Source of the DNA: Camelus ferus
Lineage: Eukaryota
Reading direction: 5' to 3'
Length of the DNA stretch: 64,000 nucleotides
NCBI RefSeq assembly: GCF_009834535.1
Contig: NC_045705.1
Location: 31,744,001 to 31,808,000 of the forward strand
This document shows, one piece after another, positions 35,295 to 49,336 of the stretch (the stretch's first letter is position 1; every line of letters starts with the position of its first letter). The notes beneath the pieces were generated by a model that ran no database searches, had not been told where the DNA came from, and worked only from the letters and a program-made list of their open reading frames with translations. The translations under genes were made by a program, and so were the position numbers.

Positions 35295-38200
35295 TAATTT
35301 CCCAAGCTGGAAAATGTATCCATATGTGAAAACAAAGTGCATCAGCTTCATTGCATTCCATTATTCTCTGGCTGACTTACCCTACAGGTCAGAAAAGAGT
35401 ATATTATACATATAGTAAGAATTAGACATAATTAATAAAATCAGTTTAGAAATAATTGAAGAAATAAAAATTTCTTTTTTCTTTTATCTTTGGCTCCACA
35501 ATACTCTTTCTAGAAATAAACCCTAAAGAAAAACATTCTTAAAACATAAAAATAATTATTTATAAATGTATTCAACACAACTATTAAGACCTGTGGAAAA
35601 TTTAGAAACTACATGGACCGTTCAACATTGGAGAAATGGATAATTAAAATATGGTGCATCTCTTTGATTGATGTGTAGTTTTTAACAGAAGTGTTTTAAA
35701 AATTGTATAATATCATAGGAGATTCTTACATTGTATTATTAAGTAGGAAAAAATGATGCAAATTTGCACTATATAATTATTATAACTAATTTAATTCTAA
35801 CTATATTATTCCTATAGCTAAGTTAAATACATATCACTGAGAAAATAAATCCAAACATTTTTTGTTTGAAGTTGGTGGTATTGCAGTTGAGTCGATCTTT
35901 CTTGATGTTTTGCATGTTGAAGAGGGATTGAGATCTCAGATTGGTGAGGATGACAGGTGATTATATAACTTGTAAGATTCATTTAAACTTGGAAATCTAT
36001 GATTATGTGATTTCAGGGGAAAAGGAAACCTTACCTATGAAGTTGTCTGACGTAGCTCCATGGCCAGGGCCCCAGGCAGCGTTAGTTCACCAAGAAAGAA
36101 AGAAAGTTGTAAGACGAAAAATGCCAACTAGCTCAGCTACAATCAGTGTCTTTGCTGATTTACCTTTGGATAAAGTATTTCTCTTGAGCCTTAAAAGTGC
36201 TACCACACTTCCTGCTTGCAGGCCAGTTTGGTGAAGTTTCTCAGCTGTGGCTGATTGGACCTCAGGGGCATTTCACCATCATTAGGAGATCTTGCCAGCA
36301 ACACGAGAACTTCACAATAGAACTCCTATAGCACTCGTCTTTAATTTTGAACTCCTCATTAAGTCTACATGAAGACAAAACACCATGATTAAAGAAAAAA
36401 AATAATTTTACCACTTCTGAGTTTATGTATTGATAACAAATGTGTATAATACGGAGGCTCAATATTAACTATTATATGAATTAATAATTTGGGTGGGTAA
36501 CTATCTGATTTAAACATTTTCATGAATGTATTCTATATTTCAATTGATCTACAATTAACGCTAATCACAGCTTTAAATATTGTTTTCAGACGTACATTAA
36601 GTGACAATTATGAACCTTATTATAATATTAGCACTTTATGCCTAATAAAGTTCACAGCAATTTTCAAAGTAGTTGGATCTTGTCTCGTTCTGGAATTGAG
36701 ATGACATGGTAATGACAATGATGAAAATAATTTCATCCTTCAGTTACATTCAGAGATGGTAGAATGCATTTCTTTCAACTATTTAAACTAAATCTCATAA
36801 TATTCCTATGGAATAGAAAAAAATAAGCATCAATATTCACAATTTACAGCAAGTTTACATTACGGCAGGAAAATATGAACACCATTTGTGGTGGGGAAAT
36901 AAGAAGCCAGGCCGCTAAATTCTGGGCCAGGATTCTTATGTTTCATTTATAGTTTTGTGACTCAAGTGTCATGATACTCATGCTGCCACCTATTGTAAGA
37001 CCTATTACAATTACCTACTAAAATAAACACAATTGATATTTGAAATTATTTAAAAAATAGATTCAGTCCAATTCAACTTATGAATATTCCTATACAGAAC
37101 CACACTAAATCACCATGTTCCAATATGCTTGAATTAATAATAAGAAAAAAATTGTACATAACTCTGGATTGGCTCCAAAGAATGTGGTGACTGTGAGCAG
37201 CACGTGTCATGAAGGGAAAGAGTTTAAGAAAACTGAAACCACATGAGTAAACCTGGTTTGACTAGACACTTTATTATTATAGTGTCAAAATAACACTTGT
37301 GATGTTAGATGCCAAAGATTGTATGAATGAGGGCCTGAAACTATCTATAGAACTATGGGGAATATGGATTTTCCTGAAGTGTCATCATGAAAATGTCTTT
37401 CAACTTGAATTTGTCTGTCAACTCTGTAACGAAAGCCAGAGTCAGATCAGAGAATTAACATGTACAGACAGTCATCATTCCAACCTCATAAAAGCTTGAC
37501 ATCCCTTCACAATGGCCCATTAAGTGGTCTTCCAGCCTCTACTTGAATAGCTACAGTTTTGGGCAGAGAGATTGCTTTAGAAACCCAACCTCTGCCTAGT
37601 ATAGCTCCCCAAGCCCTAGAGAGGCAAGACTTGGAAGGAGAACAGAGATAGGTATAAAGCAGTGAGGACCGTCCAGGAAAATAATTTTTCAAAAAAGGAG
37701 TTCCTGGAGCTATACCAGGAAAGTCTGTACCCAGAATACAAATCCAAGGCCAGAGTGTTGTAAACCCTGAAGAGAGAACAATACAGATTCTCAAACTTGA
37801 AGAGTAAATCAGAAAGAAACAGAAGAAATTTTATACAGATTTTACCACAGTTGATCAGAAATTAGGTGAGGAATGGATTAACCATGATATGTTCAGGGAC
37901 TAATTTCACAAAAACAAGATATCTGCCAAAGTGTTTTGATGACATTTCCCTAAGTAGAGGAACATGTTCTCAATATAACAAAGCACACAAGAGCAGAGTT
38001 CATGCTGTGTTAGTCTAATCCAGAGACAATTTTATCACAGAAGAACATCTCTGAAGTTGTTTACCAGAAACAGAAAAGTTTTGGGAGGTGGACTGTGGTC
38101 TCATAACTCTTCCAGTTTTACCTCCAATTGAAGCAGAAAAAAAAAATAACTATATTTATGGCAACAAACATATTGGCTCAGGCAAAATCACAGAACGTGG

Positions 38201-41022
38201 AAACACCTTCCAACTTACCCAAATAAACTACTTGTAGAAATAGGGGAGGGTGTTTAAGGTTATGGAAAAAAAAATGATGGTACAATCTGAAATAAAACCC
38301 ATCTCTTGATGCTGAAGATGGTGTTCTTACTCTCCATTATGTTTTCATAACCATAATATGCTTGCTAAATAAATAACTTAGGAAATGACGATCAGCAAAG
38401 ACCTAAAGAGAAGTCACTACATCACCCCAAAAATAAGAATGCCTCAATGACAGTCTCCACAATGTGGCCAATGTTCAGATCTGTGTTTTGGTGTTTTCAC
38501 ATCAATAAAACAAGGAGTGGAGTGGGGAGAATAGATAGGCAGAGTCTAAAGACAACATATCATGGCTTAAGTCCACTGAGTCTCATTTTCTTCTTTTATG
38601 AAATGGAGTAAAATCCTCTCTAATAATACACGTTGCTACATTAAGAAAGTTAAAGTATATAAAGAACTTCTCAAAATCTATGCTTCATGGCTGGCCTTTA
38701 ACAACAGTTAGCTCATTTCCCTTGCTAAATTCTTAATAATTTCACTGAATTGAAAATCCAGATTAAACCAACATATTTTTAACACACTAGAGCCAAACTT
38801 TATTTATGTCATTAATTTTTAGAAGAAACATAATCTATCCTTTATTTGTTATTTTAAGTATCAGAAATAATCAGGTGATACTCTGTCCTCAGGAGAGACT
38901 ATTGATGATGAATTGAAGGGAACATCTTAACAAGCTTTAACCTTACTCACCAACCAGTGAGACTTTATCCACTAAGACCACCAGACTGCCTTGTATTTCC
39001 TCCTTCAGTTCTTGCACCTTCCAAGTTTGCTACTGACAGTTTATAATTTGTGCCTAATTAATCCTCTCACCCCTCCACTGAGCCCTTGGGATAGCCCCTA
39101 AGACACAATCACTGGCTTCAGTTTCCCTCTTCAAATTCTCCATTTGGCCTTAGAATGGAAATAACGTTTAACCAACACTTTTTCTATCCTTAGCCCTGAT
39201 TTACTCTCATCTTCTATCTAATAATCATACAACAAAGTGAACCACACATCGTTTAGTTTAGATTATGCTGAAGTGTTTAATTCTCACCAGCAATTGCAAA
39301 TATGACCATATAAATAGATGAGGTGCTGGGAAAAGGTTCTGTCTCTTATGAATTGGAGACAGCCATACCCACCTTAGTAAACACAGTCACCCCAGTACCA
39401 TGCTCTGGCTTTACTGCATGGTCAAATTATGGAAGAAATAGCTCCATTTGATCATTGAGTTTGAGAAAGGAGTATCTGTGAGAACTACATGTGCAAGAGT
39501 GGTGTAGCAGAGAAGCTTTGTTTTATAAAGAGTTATGTAACAAAGTAGAATGACCTGGTATTCTCCACGCACATAGAGGAGCAGTGCGGTTACCCCACTT
39601 TCTGAAAGTTCACTTTAGCCACTTTTTTTTAATGAAGACCAATATTAGTACTTTAGTACTTATTTTCAATAACTGAAAGAAGTCTGAAGGTGATTCTTCT
39701 TTAAAAGAAGACATATGACGTCATACTAATATTGGTCTTTTGTGAAAGTGAAATGGCATAACTCAAACTTTCAAAGAGAGGAAAAAAATGCGTAGTGCTG
39801 AAATGGACAGCTACATGTGAGGCAAGGCTACAGCAAATCTGACACCATCTTCTTGAAGGACAAAGTTTTTAAATTAAGATTCCGTATAATTTTTTAATCT
39901 ATAGACCTAAACGTACCACAAACAATTGTGTTCCAATTGAAAGAGAGTAAGACTGAGTTTTAAAGACCTGTGTTGGAATTTGATAGTTGAAATTTGTGAA
40001 AGGAAGGTGCATTTCAGTGTGACAGTCCCTGACACACTAGATAGGGTAGCCATGCATGATGTGAGGCAAGTAAATTAGTAAACCTCTCCTGGGTTCAATT
40101 TACTTCCCTGTAAGTTGGAGATAATGATCATGGAATAACCAGTTGAGTCCGTGGATGAATCAACTGAAGTGACTCTGCCTGATAGATAATAAAGTGTTAA
40201 TGTAATGCAAACAAGTGTATCAGACTCATAGGTCATTACTTTTGGAACCTAACCATAGGCTATTCTGTTGAATTTTGGTAAAAGAATGATTATCTCTGTT
40301 TCAATTGGCTCCTCCAGTCTTGCTATGTAAAATTAAAACATTTCCTTTATATTCATGAAAACTGGGAGCCATAGGATATTTAAGAAAAAGGAGCAAACTA
40401 AAAGTAATCTCAAAATTTCAGACTTGTTTTTTTGCCAAAAAAGAATTGGCGATAGATAGTGAATTATCTTTTCCTTCTTTTGCAGGTATCTCCCTTTTTA
40501 CTTTTGGTAAATTCATAGCATACACATACATACAAAATAAGCAGTGATTCCTTCATGCAAATGTCCTTTAATCAAGTATCTAAGAACGAGAATAAGAACT
40601 TCTATCCCTTAATTGATCACCACAGGCTAAGCAAAACTAGAAAAACTTCTGATATTAAATTCCTAAGGAAAGGTGAACTCCATCCAAATAATATACCTGA
40701 AGAATTTTGTAAAGTAGAACAAAGAATCTAGAGAAAAACACATATTCAACTATATTCATCATACTAGGGGTTTATGGTTGTTCTCTTCATTGACTATTCT
40801 GAAGCTTTAATTCTGAACATTGAAGCCTTGGTAAAGTATATTACAAATTATCAAAACATCTAAAAAATGACTAGCCAATATTAAATGATTGACAAACACT
40901 AGTTTATGGACCTTTTTTATCTGTCAATGATCTGCAAAATTTCTTTGCTTTCCTGCACAATTTACAACATGTATAATCCTCACGTGTATATAAATCATCA
41001 GTTTCTTGTCATCATGAACAGC

Positions 41023-41949
41023 CTAAGTTACTCTCCTCTTCAACAAACTCCTCATGGCATTCTTCACCTCTGTGTTTCTCACTGTGTAAATGATAGGGTT
41101 TAACATGGGAGTGAATATTGCATAGAACATACTCATAAACTTGTCCACAGGGTAAGTGTCCACAGGACGCGTGTAGGTAAAAATACAAGGGGCAAAATAG
41201 AGCACCACTACTGTAAAGTGGGAGCCGCAGGTAGAGAGGGCCTTGCGTCGCCCTTCAGAGCCGTGGGACTTCAGGGAGCGCAGGACGACTATGTAGGAGA
41301 TGAGTAGCATGGAAAAAATGAGTAAGCACATGCCCCCACTGTTGGCTGCCACCACCACTCCAGGCCTGTAGGTGTCACTGCAGGCAAGTTTCAACAGTGA
41401 GAAGAAATCACACATGAAGTGGTCAATGACATTGGGACCACAGAAGGTCAAGTCAAATGCAAAAACCATCTGCACAGTGGCATGTAGGATCCCCCCAAGC
41501 CAGGCCACCACCACCAGGAGCTGACAGAGCCCCTGTCGCATGATGGTCGTGTAGTGCAGAGGCTTGCAGATGGCCACATAGCGGTCATAAGCCATGACAG
41601 TGAGGACTATGACCTCTGATGCTGCCATGAAATGTTCCACAAAGAGCTGAGTAATGCAGCCACCCCAGGAGATGGTTCCCCTCTGGTACAGTAGGTCAAT
41701 GAGCATTTTAGGAGTTGTGACAGAACTGAAGAGGGCATCAATAAAGGATAAATAGGTGAGGAAGAAGTACATGGGAGCTGAAAGTGCAGGGCTGAGGGAG
41801 ATGGTGATGACCATGAGCAGGTTGGCCAGCATCGTAAATAGGAAAATGAGCAAAAAGACAATGAACAGTATTTTCTGCAGGTGTGGATTCTGCGTGAGTC
41901 CCAGGAGAACAAATTCAGTCACATTCTTCGGAGGCATGAGGAGATCCAT
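41023..41949 (-). CDS. Olfactory receptor OR4C-type, copy 3 (308 aa, intact)
   Basis: Full ORF with all canonical OR motifs. Confidence 0.95.
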   Translation of the reverse strand: MDLLMPPKNVTEFVLLGLTQNPHLQKILFIVFLLIFLFTMLANLLMVITISLSPALSAPMYFFLTYLSFIDALFSSVTTPKMLIDLLYQRGTISWGGCITQLFVEHFMAASEVIVLTVMAYDRYVAICKPLHYTTIMRQGLCQLLVVVAWLGGILHATVQMVFAFDLTFCGPNVIDHFMCDFFSLLKLACSDTYRPGVVVAANSGGMCLLIFSMLLISYIVVLRSLKSHGSEGRRKALSTCGSHFTVVVLYFAPCIFTYTRPVDTYPVDKFMSMFYAIFTPMLNPIIYTVRNTEVKNAMRSLLKRRVT

Positions 41950-44900
41950 TCATCAAGTAACACCTTCTTAGGGCCTGAATTACCTACAAAGAATAAGAAC
42001 TGATTCCCATTAATCATGGAAGGATTGTGGTCTGAGTATCTTGATACAAAACTAGAGCAGCCACTGTACCTGTGGAGCGTGTCCTTGACACCCCTGCCTC
42101 AGTGCTTGTTTCAGTTCTCTTACGTCCTCCGTGATGTTTCCATCTCTTCAGACACCTAGTACCTGTCACCTGTAAAACATCTATAGGGCAACATTTGATG
42201 AGTAATTTACTGAGAAAATCCTGGGCTATCTACATAAGATCTGGATTCTCACGCTGGCTCCAGCTCCATGTGACTCTGCTACATCACCTCTGTGTCCTAT
42301 GGTTCCGAGCCTTTCTCTGTGTTTATGAGGTTACAAACTGTAATTCTCAGATGGATCTTGTAAGCTGAGAGGTGCAGCACACAAGTAAGAGGTATTTCCT
42401 CTTCAGTGAAAATTCACATTTGAACCCTCAGCTCTAACTTTGGGAGGAAAGACACCATGAATGCATATCTCCCATAAGCAGGCAGTTTAGGGAAATATAT
42501 GTAAGTAGTTGGCAACACGCTCTCCCTGGTACCTACTGGAACACACCAGCTATTCAAGTGTGTTTCCTCAGTGCACCTACCAAAGTGCCTGGCATAATGT
42601 CTGCACTGCCTGAAACCTGTTAGGTGATGAGTAAGTGCTTGGTAAATTGCCGTTCTCCATGGGTGAGAATATGCCTGCTCCCCTAGAGGGCATAAACCTA
42701 CCAGTAATTCAAGTGTTCTCGTCCTTCTGCTCTGTTTATCATTACTGTCCACTTTATAAGAATCCTAAGCAAATGCTTGAAAGGAAGCTGCATATCAGGT
42801 TAATATTTTTTGGCATACTTTATGGGACAATATGAAAATATTAATTGCCTGTAAGAATGAATATGTTATTAGGCAATTTTATTTTCAAGATAATCATAGG
42901 GCTTTTTAATCCATATTTTTATTTTTCAAATTCTGTTCCACATATATGTTAACAGTCATATTCAATAAACTTACAGCTTCGGTAGACTTGGATAAAAACG
43001 TATTGCATAAATGTTCAGTTTGTGAGTATCTGCTAAGCAAAGAAATCCTTATTTTCAAAGTTCTAAAAGTAAAATTTAATATAGACAACAAAAAGTAATA
43101 GTTTGCTAAATAAGATAGAGAGGTAGGTATGGACTATACACATAAACATATATAGAAACACAACACAAACACACATGAAGTCTGTTACTATAAGGACCTA
43201 TTACAAGTTCACTCATTCAACAAATCTTTATTGTACACTGATTGTGTATATTAATGTATGTGTGTTCCCATAAAGTTATAAAAAGTGTCCCTGGAAGTGC
43301 CTTTGGTAATCCCTTCCCTGCAATTTAATTACCGAACAGCAGCAACTCATCCCTCCATGATGTGAATGAACTTCCCACTCCTTTAAGCTTCTGCCACAGG
43401 CATTCTCATGCCTTCTTCTTCCATCTTCCCATAGCATCCATCGTCCATCATTCCTGGTTACAAGATACTGTATTAGTAATGGAATGAGGGAATTTGGGGA
43501 CGTAAATTTCCCAAAGAAAAAACATAAGTATAATACAATGTGTTGTACAAAAAATGTGTATTTTCCTTTCAAAGATAAATGAATAAAGAGCTTTATTTTT
43601 TAATTAAACAGTATGAAAAATTTATACGTATGTGGAAACAAAGTGCAGCAGCTTCATTATATTCCTTTACTCTGTGGCTGACTCCCCAGCAGATCAGAAA
43701 AGAGAAGATTTTACATAAAGTAAGAATTATACATAATTAGTAAATGTGATTTAGAAATAACTATGAAGAAATAAATATTATTTTTCCTTTTTTCTTTGGC
43801 ATCACAGTGTTCTTTATAGGGTTAAATTCTAAATGAAAATATTATAGAAGCTAAAAGTCTTCATTTACAAATATGTTCAACATAATTATTAAGAGGTGTG
43901 GAAAATTTAGAAATGACATGGGATGTTCCTCATTGCAGAAATGGATAATTAAAGTCCAGTGCATCTCTTTGACACATGCATAGTTTCTAAAAGAGATGTT
44001 TTTGAAAGTGGTGCAATGTCATAGGAAAATTTGATGTATTTTATAAAGTGGGGAAAATTGTGGATGGAAATTTGAGTTATATAGTTATTCTAATTTAATT
44101 CTAACTAATTATATTATTCTTCTAATTTAAATATATAACATTTAGAAAAAAATACCCCAAATATTTTTACTTCTAAGTTGGTAGTATTGTAGTTGAGTCA
44201 TTTTTTCTTAATGTCTTGCCTGCTGAAGAGGGATTGAAATCTCAGATTGGGGGTGATGAGGGGTGATGCTATAATTTGTAAGGGCCATTTAATCTTGAGA
44301 GTCTATGAAATTATGATTTCCTGGGGAAAAAAAAATCTTACCTATGAACTTGTCTGACACAGCTCCATGGCCAGGGCCTGAGGCAGCTGTTTGTTCACCA
44401 AGAAAGCAGTAAAGATATAAGATTAAAGATGCCAACTAGCTCATCTACAGTGTGACTTTGCTGATTTATAAGTAGTACCTTTGGATAAGGCCTTTCTCTT
44501 GAGTCTTAAAAGTGCTACCACATCTCCTGTTTCTAGGCCAGTTCAGTGAAGCTTAGTAGCTGTGGTTGATTGGACCTCAGGGGCATTTCACCTCCACTAG
44601 GAGATCTTGCCAACAATCCAATTATTTCATGTAACTTAACTGCACTTCAGAGAACTTACAGCATTCATCTTCAATTTTGAACTCTTCCTTAAGTCTACAT
44701 CAAGAAAAAATACTATGACAGAAAAAAATATTGGTTGGCCATTTATGAATTTAAGCAATTGAAACCAATGAGCTTTATATTAATTCTGAATATTTGCTAT
44801 TACCTAAATTAATCATTGAAGTGGGTAACTATCTGTTTAAATGTTTTATTATAATACTTTGCTTTTTAATCAATCTACCATTCATGCAAATCATAATTTT

Positions 44901-45084
44901 AAATATTATTTCCAGATGCACATAAATGACAATTATGAATCATGTTATAATATTGACATTTCACATCAGGTAAAGTCTACAGTACTTTTTCATAGTAGTT
45001 ATATCTTGCGTCAATTCTAGAATTAGACTAGCATGGTATTGAAAGTAATTCCATTCTTCAATTATATTCAGAGATGGTAGAATA

Positions 45085-45640
45085 CATTTATTTCTGTCAT
45101 GGTTTCATTTTGTAATTAATGTTGCAATGAAAGTGAGGGTACAGATATCTCTTCAGATACCTGATTTCATATTTTGGATATGCACACACACATAGGATTG
45201 CTGAATCATAGAGCAGTTTTATTTTTAATATCTTGAGAAATCTCCATAATGGCTGAACAAATTTATATTCCCACCAAAGTATAGTAGGGTTCCATTCTCT
45301 CCATGTCATCATTAAAATGTGTTGTCTGCTACATAATTCATATAACCATTCTAACAAGTGTGAGGTGACATGTCATTGTGGTTTTCACTTGCTTTTCCCT
45401 GTTGATTAGTAATGTTGTGCAAATTCTCATGTTCCTATTGGACACTTGCATGTCTTCTTTGGGAAAAATATCTGTTCGGGTGCTTTGCCCAATTTTAAAT
45501 CAAGTTTTTTATTTTAATTTAGTTGTAGAAGTTCTTTATATATTTTAGATATTAATTCATTATGAAATATGTGATTTACAAATATTTTATCCCAATCCAT
45601 AAGTTACCTTTTCATTCTTTGATTGTATTCTTTGATATAA
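45085..45640 (-). mobile_element. L1 ORF2 3' fragment at the block B breakpoint (paralogues 15430-15956 and about 53950-54490)
   Basis: Antisense L1 text (ggattgctgaatcatagagcag...taaccattctaacaagtgtgaggtgacatgtcattgtgg). Confidence 0.8.
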
Positions 45641-46314
45641 AATTAGTCTGAATTTAAAACTTGATATCCTGGACTTCAATCTTATGTCAGGATGAGATGA
45701 GACTTAACTGGTCTGAGAGCTTTGCCTCCTCTACCTGGGAGCCCTGAGCTGCCATTTTGCAAGTCTGACAACCTCAATAGGCAGACATTGTCTACATTAC
45801 CCTACATCTACATGTATAAGAAAGAGACCAAGAAAAGTCCAGTCTTGTAGTTATCCCTGTCAAGGCACCATGCATATAAGTGCATCTTGGACTCTCCTTA
45901 AAGTCCAGGAATCAGATGAATGCCAGGGCATGGCCTCAGTGCACGCCATAAGAAACAGAAGAATTATTCAGACAAGTCCTGACTAAATTCATGTATGGTC
46001 AGATACAGACAAGCAAATGGCAATATACAGCCCTGTGTGTAGACAGATGCATGCTGTGTGTGATCACATCAAATACATAGGCATGTACATATACAAATGC
46101 GTTCATGTTGCTCATCAAATATTGATCCATGTGTCATCATATACTGAACCAGTGTGTTCACATTCAGACACATACATGCTATTGGGTATAGACCTACATT
46201 TCATTGAATGTACACATACACGTGGTCATAGAGATTCACATGAGGTTGGATCCAGACCTGAGTGTGTGGTGGGATACATGCTTGTGTATTTTTGGATACT
46301 TTTATTAAGAGAGA

Positions 46315-46851
46315 TGTAATCAGACAGGCTTACTGACACGAGCTGCTTATCAACAAGGGGAAGAAAGTGCCAGGCTATTGAAAAACAAGACATCTTCTCT
46401 TATCCCACAGCTGAATCCTTGATCTCAAGGACACAGCCACACAACAAGACATTTATGTTCCACAACTGCTGTGTCAATGCCAAGGACACACCCTGGTATC
46501 TCTTTCTTTGTTCTCTTTTTCCACTGAAGTTTCTGTTTTAAGGCTGAGCTCCATGGGAGGAAAGAGCTGATAATAGAAGATGACTGGTACCAGCAAACTG
46601 AAGATAATGATGACAGAGCCTTTCAAGAAAAGACCCTGTGACCTATTTTTGGGCTGGAGCTGTCTTAACAGGCTACCTGGCTGACTGCTCCCCACTTGAC
46701 AGCTTTTATTTTTTCTCCTTCTTTTTCCTAGCAATAAAGTAACTTTTCAGTTTGTCCCTCCACCTCTGCTGAGAATTCTTTCTCAACTGGTGGACAACAA
46801 ATCATAGGTTTTCTGGGCTTTCCAATTTGGATGTATCTCTATTCGCTAACA
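46315..46851 (+). mobile_element. Probable solo LTR of undetermined family; absent from the 14-15 kb paralogue and partly retained at about 54585-54835
   Basis: Starts TGTAA, ends TAACA, AATAAA near 46733. It behaves as an insertion relative to block B at about 14760. Confidence 0.45.
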
Positions 46852-47889
46852 ATATGTCCATGGCTTTGAGGATTGTGCTGTAACTCATGCCAGAAAAAGA
46901 CATTAAGCCCTTTCTGACCAGCTCAATGAAAATGTGAATCAAATGTAAATAACAGATTCCTCTTTTTAAATAAGAAATCATAAGGCAAGTTTTATTTACA
47001 CTCCACAGAGATGATTATAAATTTTTATTGAGACATCAATAAATCTTTCACAATATATGTCTTATTTAGAATGGGAAAACAAGATATTAAAACATGTCGT
47101 TCTCCTCAAAATAAATATGTAGAGTCATGGCATTCCACATGTAGTTTTATGAAACTTTACAAAATGACCCTAAAGTTTAGGGGAAGAGAGGAAGGATGGG
47201 AAGGAGGAGGAGAAAGTTTCCCAAACTTGAATTTTCTTGATGGTATAAAACCTGACATACTAAGTAGAAAATTTTCAAATTGTTACCAAATCAATAATTA
47301 TGTTGGTAGATACTTTATCTGTTTGCACTTAGATGTTTCCCCATCATAAACAAAAGTAAACTTCAAGTGGGTTAAATAAAAATAAAATGTTTGTAAAGTT
47401 ACTTTTTAAAAAATGATTAAAATTAATATATCATGGGATTATGGATTTTCCAAGTAATAAAACACATCAAAAAGTAAAAGAATATTAAAATAACATATTT
47501 ATATAAAACCACTCATAATTATGAAATAAATAACATAATAAAGAAAATATTTGTAGCAAATACCAGAGTAAATATTTTTACTATATAAATATATGTGTAT
47601 ATATGTGTATATATATGTATGTATGTATGTATGTATATGTATATTTATATATTTAAAGTAGAAAGAGTTCATCAAAATTTAACAGAAAAAATTCACGCTA
47701 CATTAGATCAAGAATTCAAATAATGGACAATGTCTATACAGTGGATTCTATGTCCCATATAGTGTGCAAGAAACAGAGAACACAAAGGCAAGTAACTTCC
47801 CCTGACTTCAGGTAGATTACAGACCAATCAACATTGACAACTAACAAAGACTTTAAATAACTACACAAATTTGAAAATTAAATTTCTGT

Positions 47890-48250
47890 CTTGATCCATA
47901 TGGGCTACTAATACAGAAAGCCATACACTGGGTGGCTTAAAATATAAACATTTATATTTCATAGGTCTGGAGGCTCAGAAGTTCAAGATTAATGTGCCAG
48001 CAGATTCCATATTTGGTAAGGTCTCCTCCCTAGTTCACAGGCAGCCACTTATTTGCCGGGTCCTCACATGGCAGAGAGGTCAAGTGACCTCATGGGGTCT
48101 CTTTATAAAGGCATTAGGCCCATTCATGAGGACTACACCTTCATGACCTAATCATTTCTCAAAGGGCTCTCCTCCAAATACCAGCACATTATAAAGGATC
48201 TAATTTATGATTTTGAAGAGGGACACAAATCCTCAGTATATAGCAGCATC
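47890..48250 (-). mobile_element. MLT1A-like LTR, uninterrupted
   Basis: ccatacactgggtggcttaaaatataaacattt...gtcctcacatggcagagaggtcaagtgacctc...accttcatgacctaatc. Confidence 0.85.
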
Positions 48251-49336
48251 CAAAAGTGGAGGAATAAATTATATAAGATCTGATAAACTCAAATTCTTGG
48301 TATTATTTGGTGAATAGTATTGTATTTGCAAAGACTTTGAGATAATATAAGAACTTTCCATGTAATGGGGATAAAAATCAGAATATGAGGTTTTTTAAAG
48401 CACTCATGCCCCAAAGACTTAGCCTCTCATGAATCCAGACTAAATAAATCTCCATCCATCCTTGCGATGATCCATTTTGGTGATCCACCAGCACAAAACC
48501 AGATCACAGTATGAACACTTGAATTATTTGTTCAACAACTAAGCTCTGTTCTTCGATAGAAGAATGGCCACACAATTTTCTGCTTGATAGTATAGATGAA
48601 GAAAAGTCAATAGGACTTGTTCTTGGCCACCTAGCTAGTACCAGAACTGAGTTTTTCTATCACCTCATCTGGGGCTCTCTACATCTTTTAAGACTTATTA
48701 ACACTTTGTCAAATCTAACAGCAGGACAGTTGACATTATAAAGGATTTGTAAATGTTCCCCAGCCAGAAAAAATAAGAGTTAAATTATTTTTATCACCGT
48801 ATAAAAATTAATATTCTCAAATGACATGCTTTTGATTTAGAAATGTTTGGGGTTATAGTCTTCATTATTTTTTCACTTTCAATAGTTAAAATATCAATTT
48901 ATGACATGCTTCACTTTGTTTGCCATACACTCTGGTATGCCTCCTAAGAAGAGCCTCCTAATTAAACTGAATATGATCCTCACAGGTGATGGGCCAACCC
49001 CTGTGCTTGGATGACATTTGCTAACATTCTATAGTTAATTTATTCTCTTATCTAATCATTTAGACATGAATTTAGGACAGTATTCCTAAATCTTTCTTTT
49101 TTGATTGTCCCAGAAATTTGCTTTTTTAGACATTCCATTCCCTTTCTCACCTCCCTCTCTAAAATATTAATACCACAAATATACTACCTATATATGTGGT
49201 TTATGCATATCTATGCATTATATATGAAAACAGTAAGAAATATTCAGTTCTCAAGGAACTATTCTGGCACAAATTACTACAGGTATGATCCTCCATATAT
49301 ATATATAAATCATCATTTTCTTGGCATCATGACAGC

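Larger units (their letters stand above)
29830..38390 (-). repeat. Segmental duplication unit copy 2
   Basis: 29835-32360 aligns with 38514-41020; 33290-36760 aligns with 41950-45075; 36760-38390 aligns (inverted) with 140-1730. Confidence 0.85.
38510..48440 (-). repeat. Segmental duplication unit copy 3 (including upstream block B)
   Basis: Collinear with copy 2 up to about 45080, then switches to block B (paralogous to 13100-15956 and 53950-56049). Confidence 0.85.
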
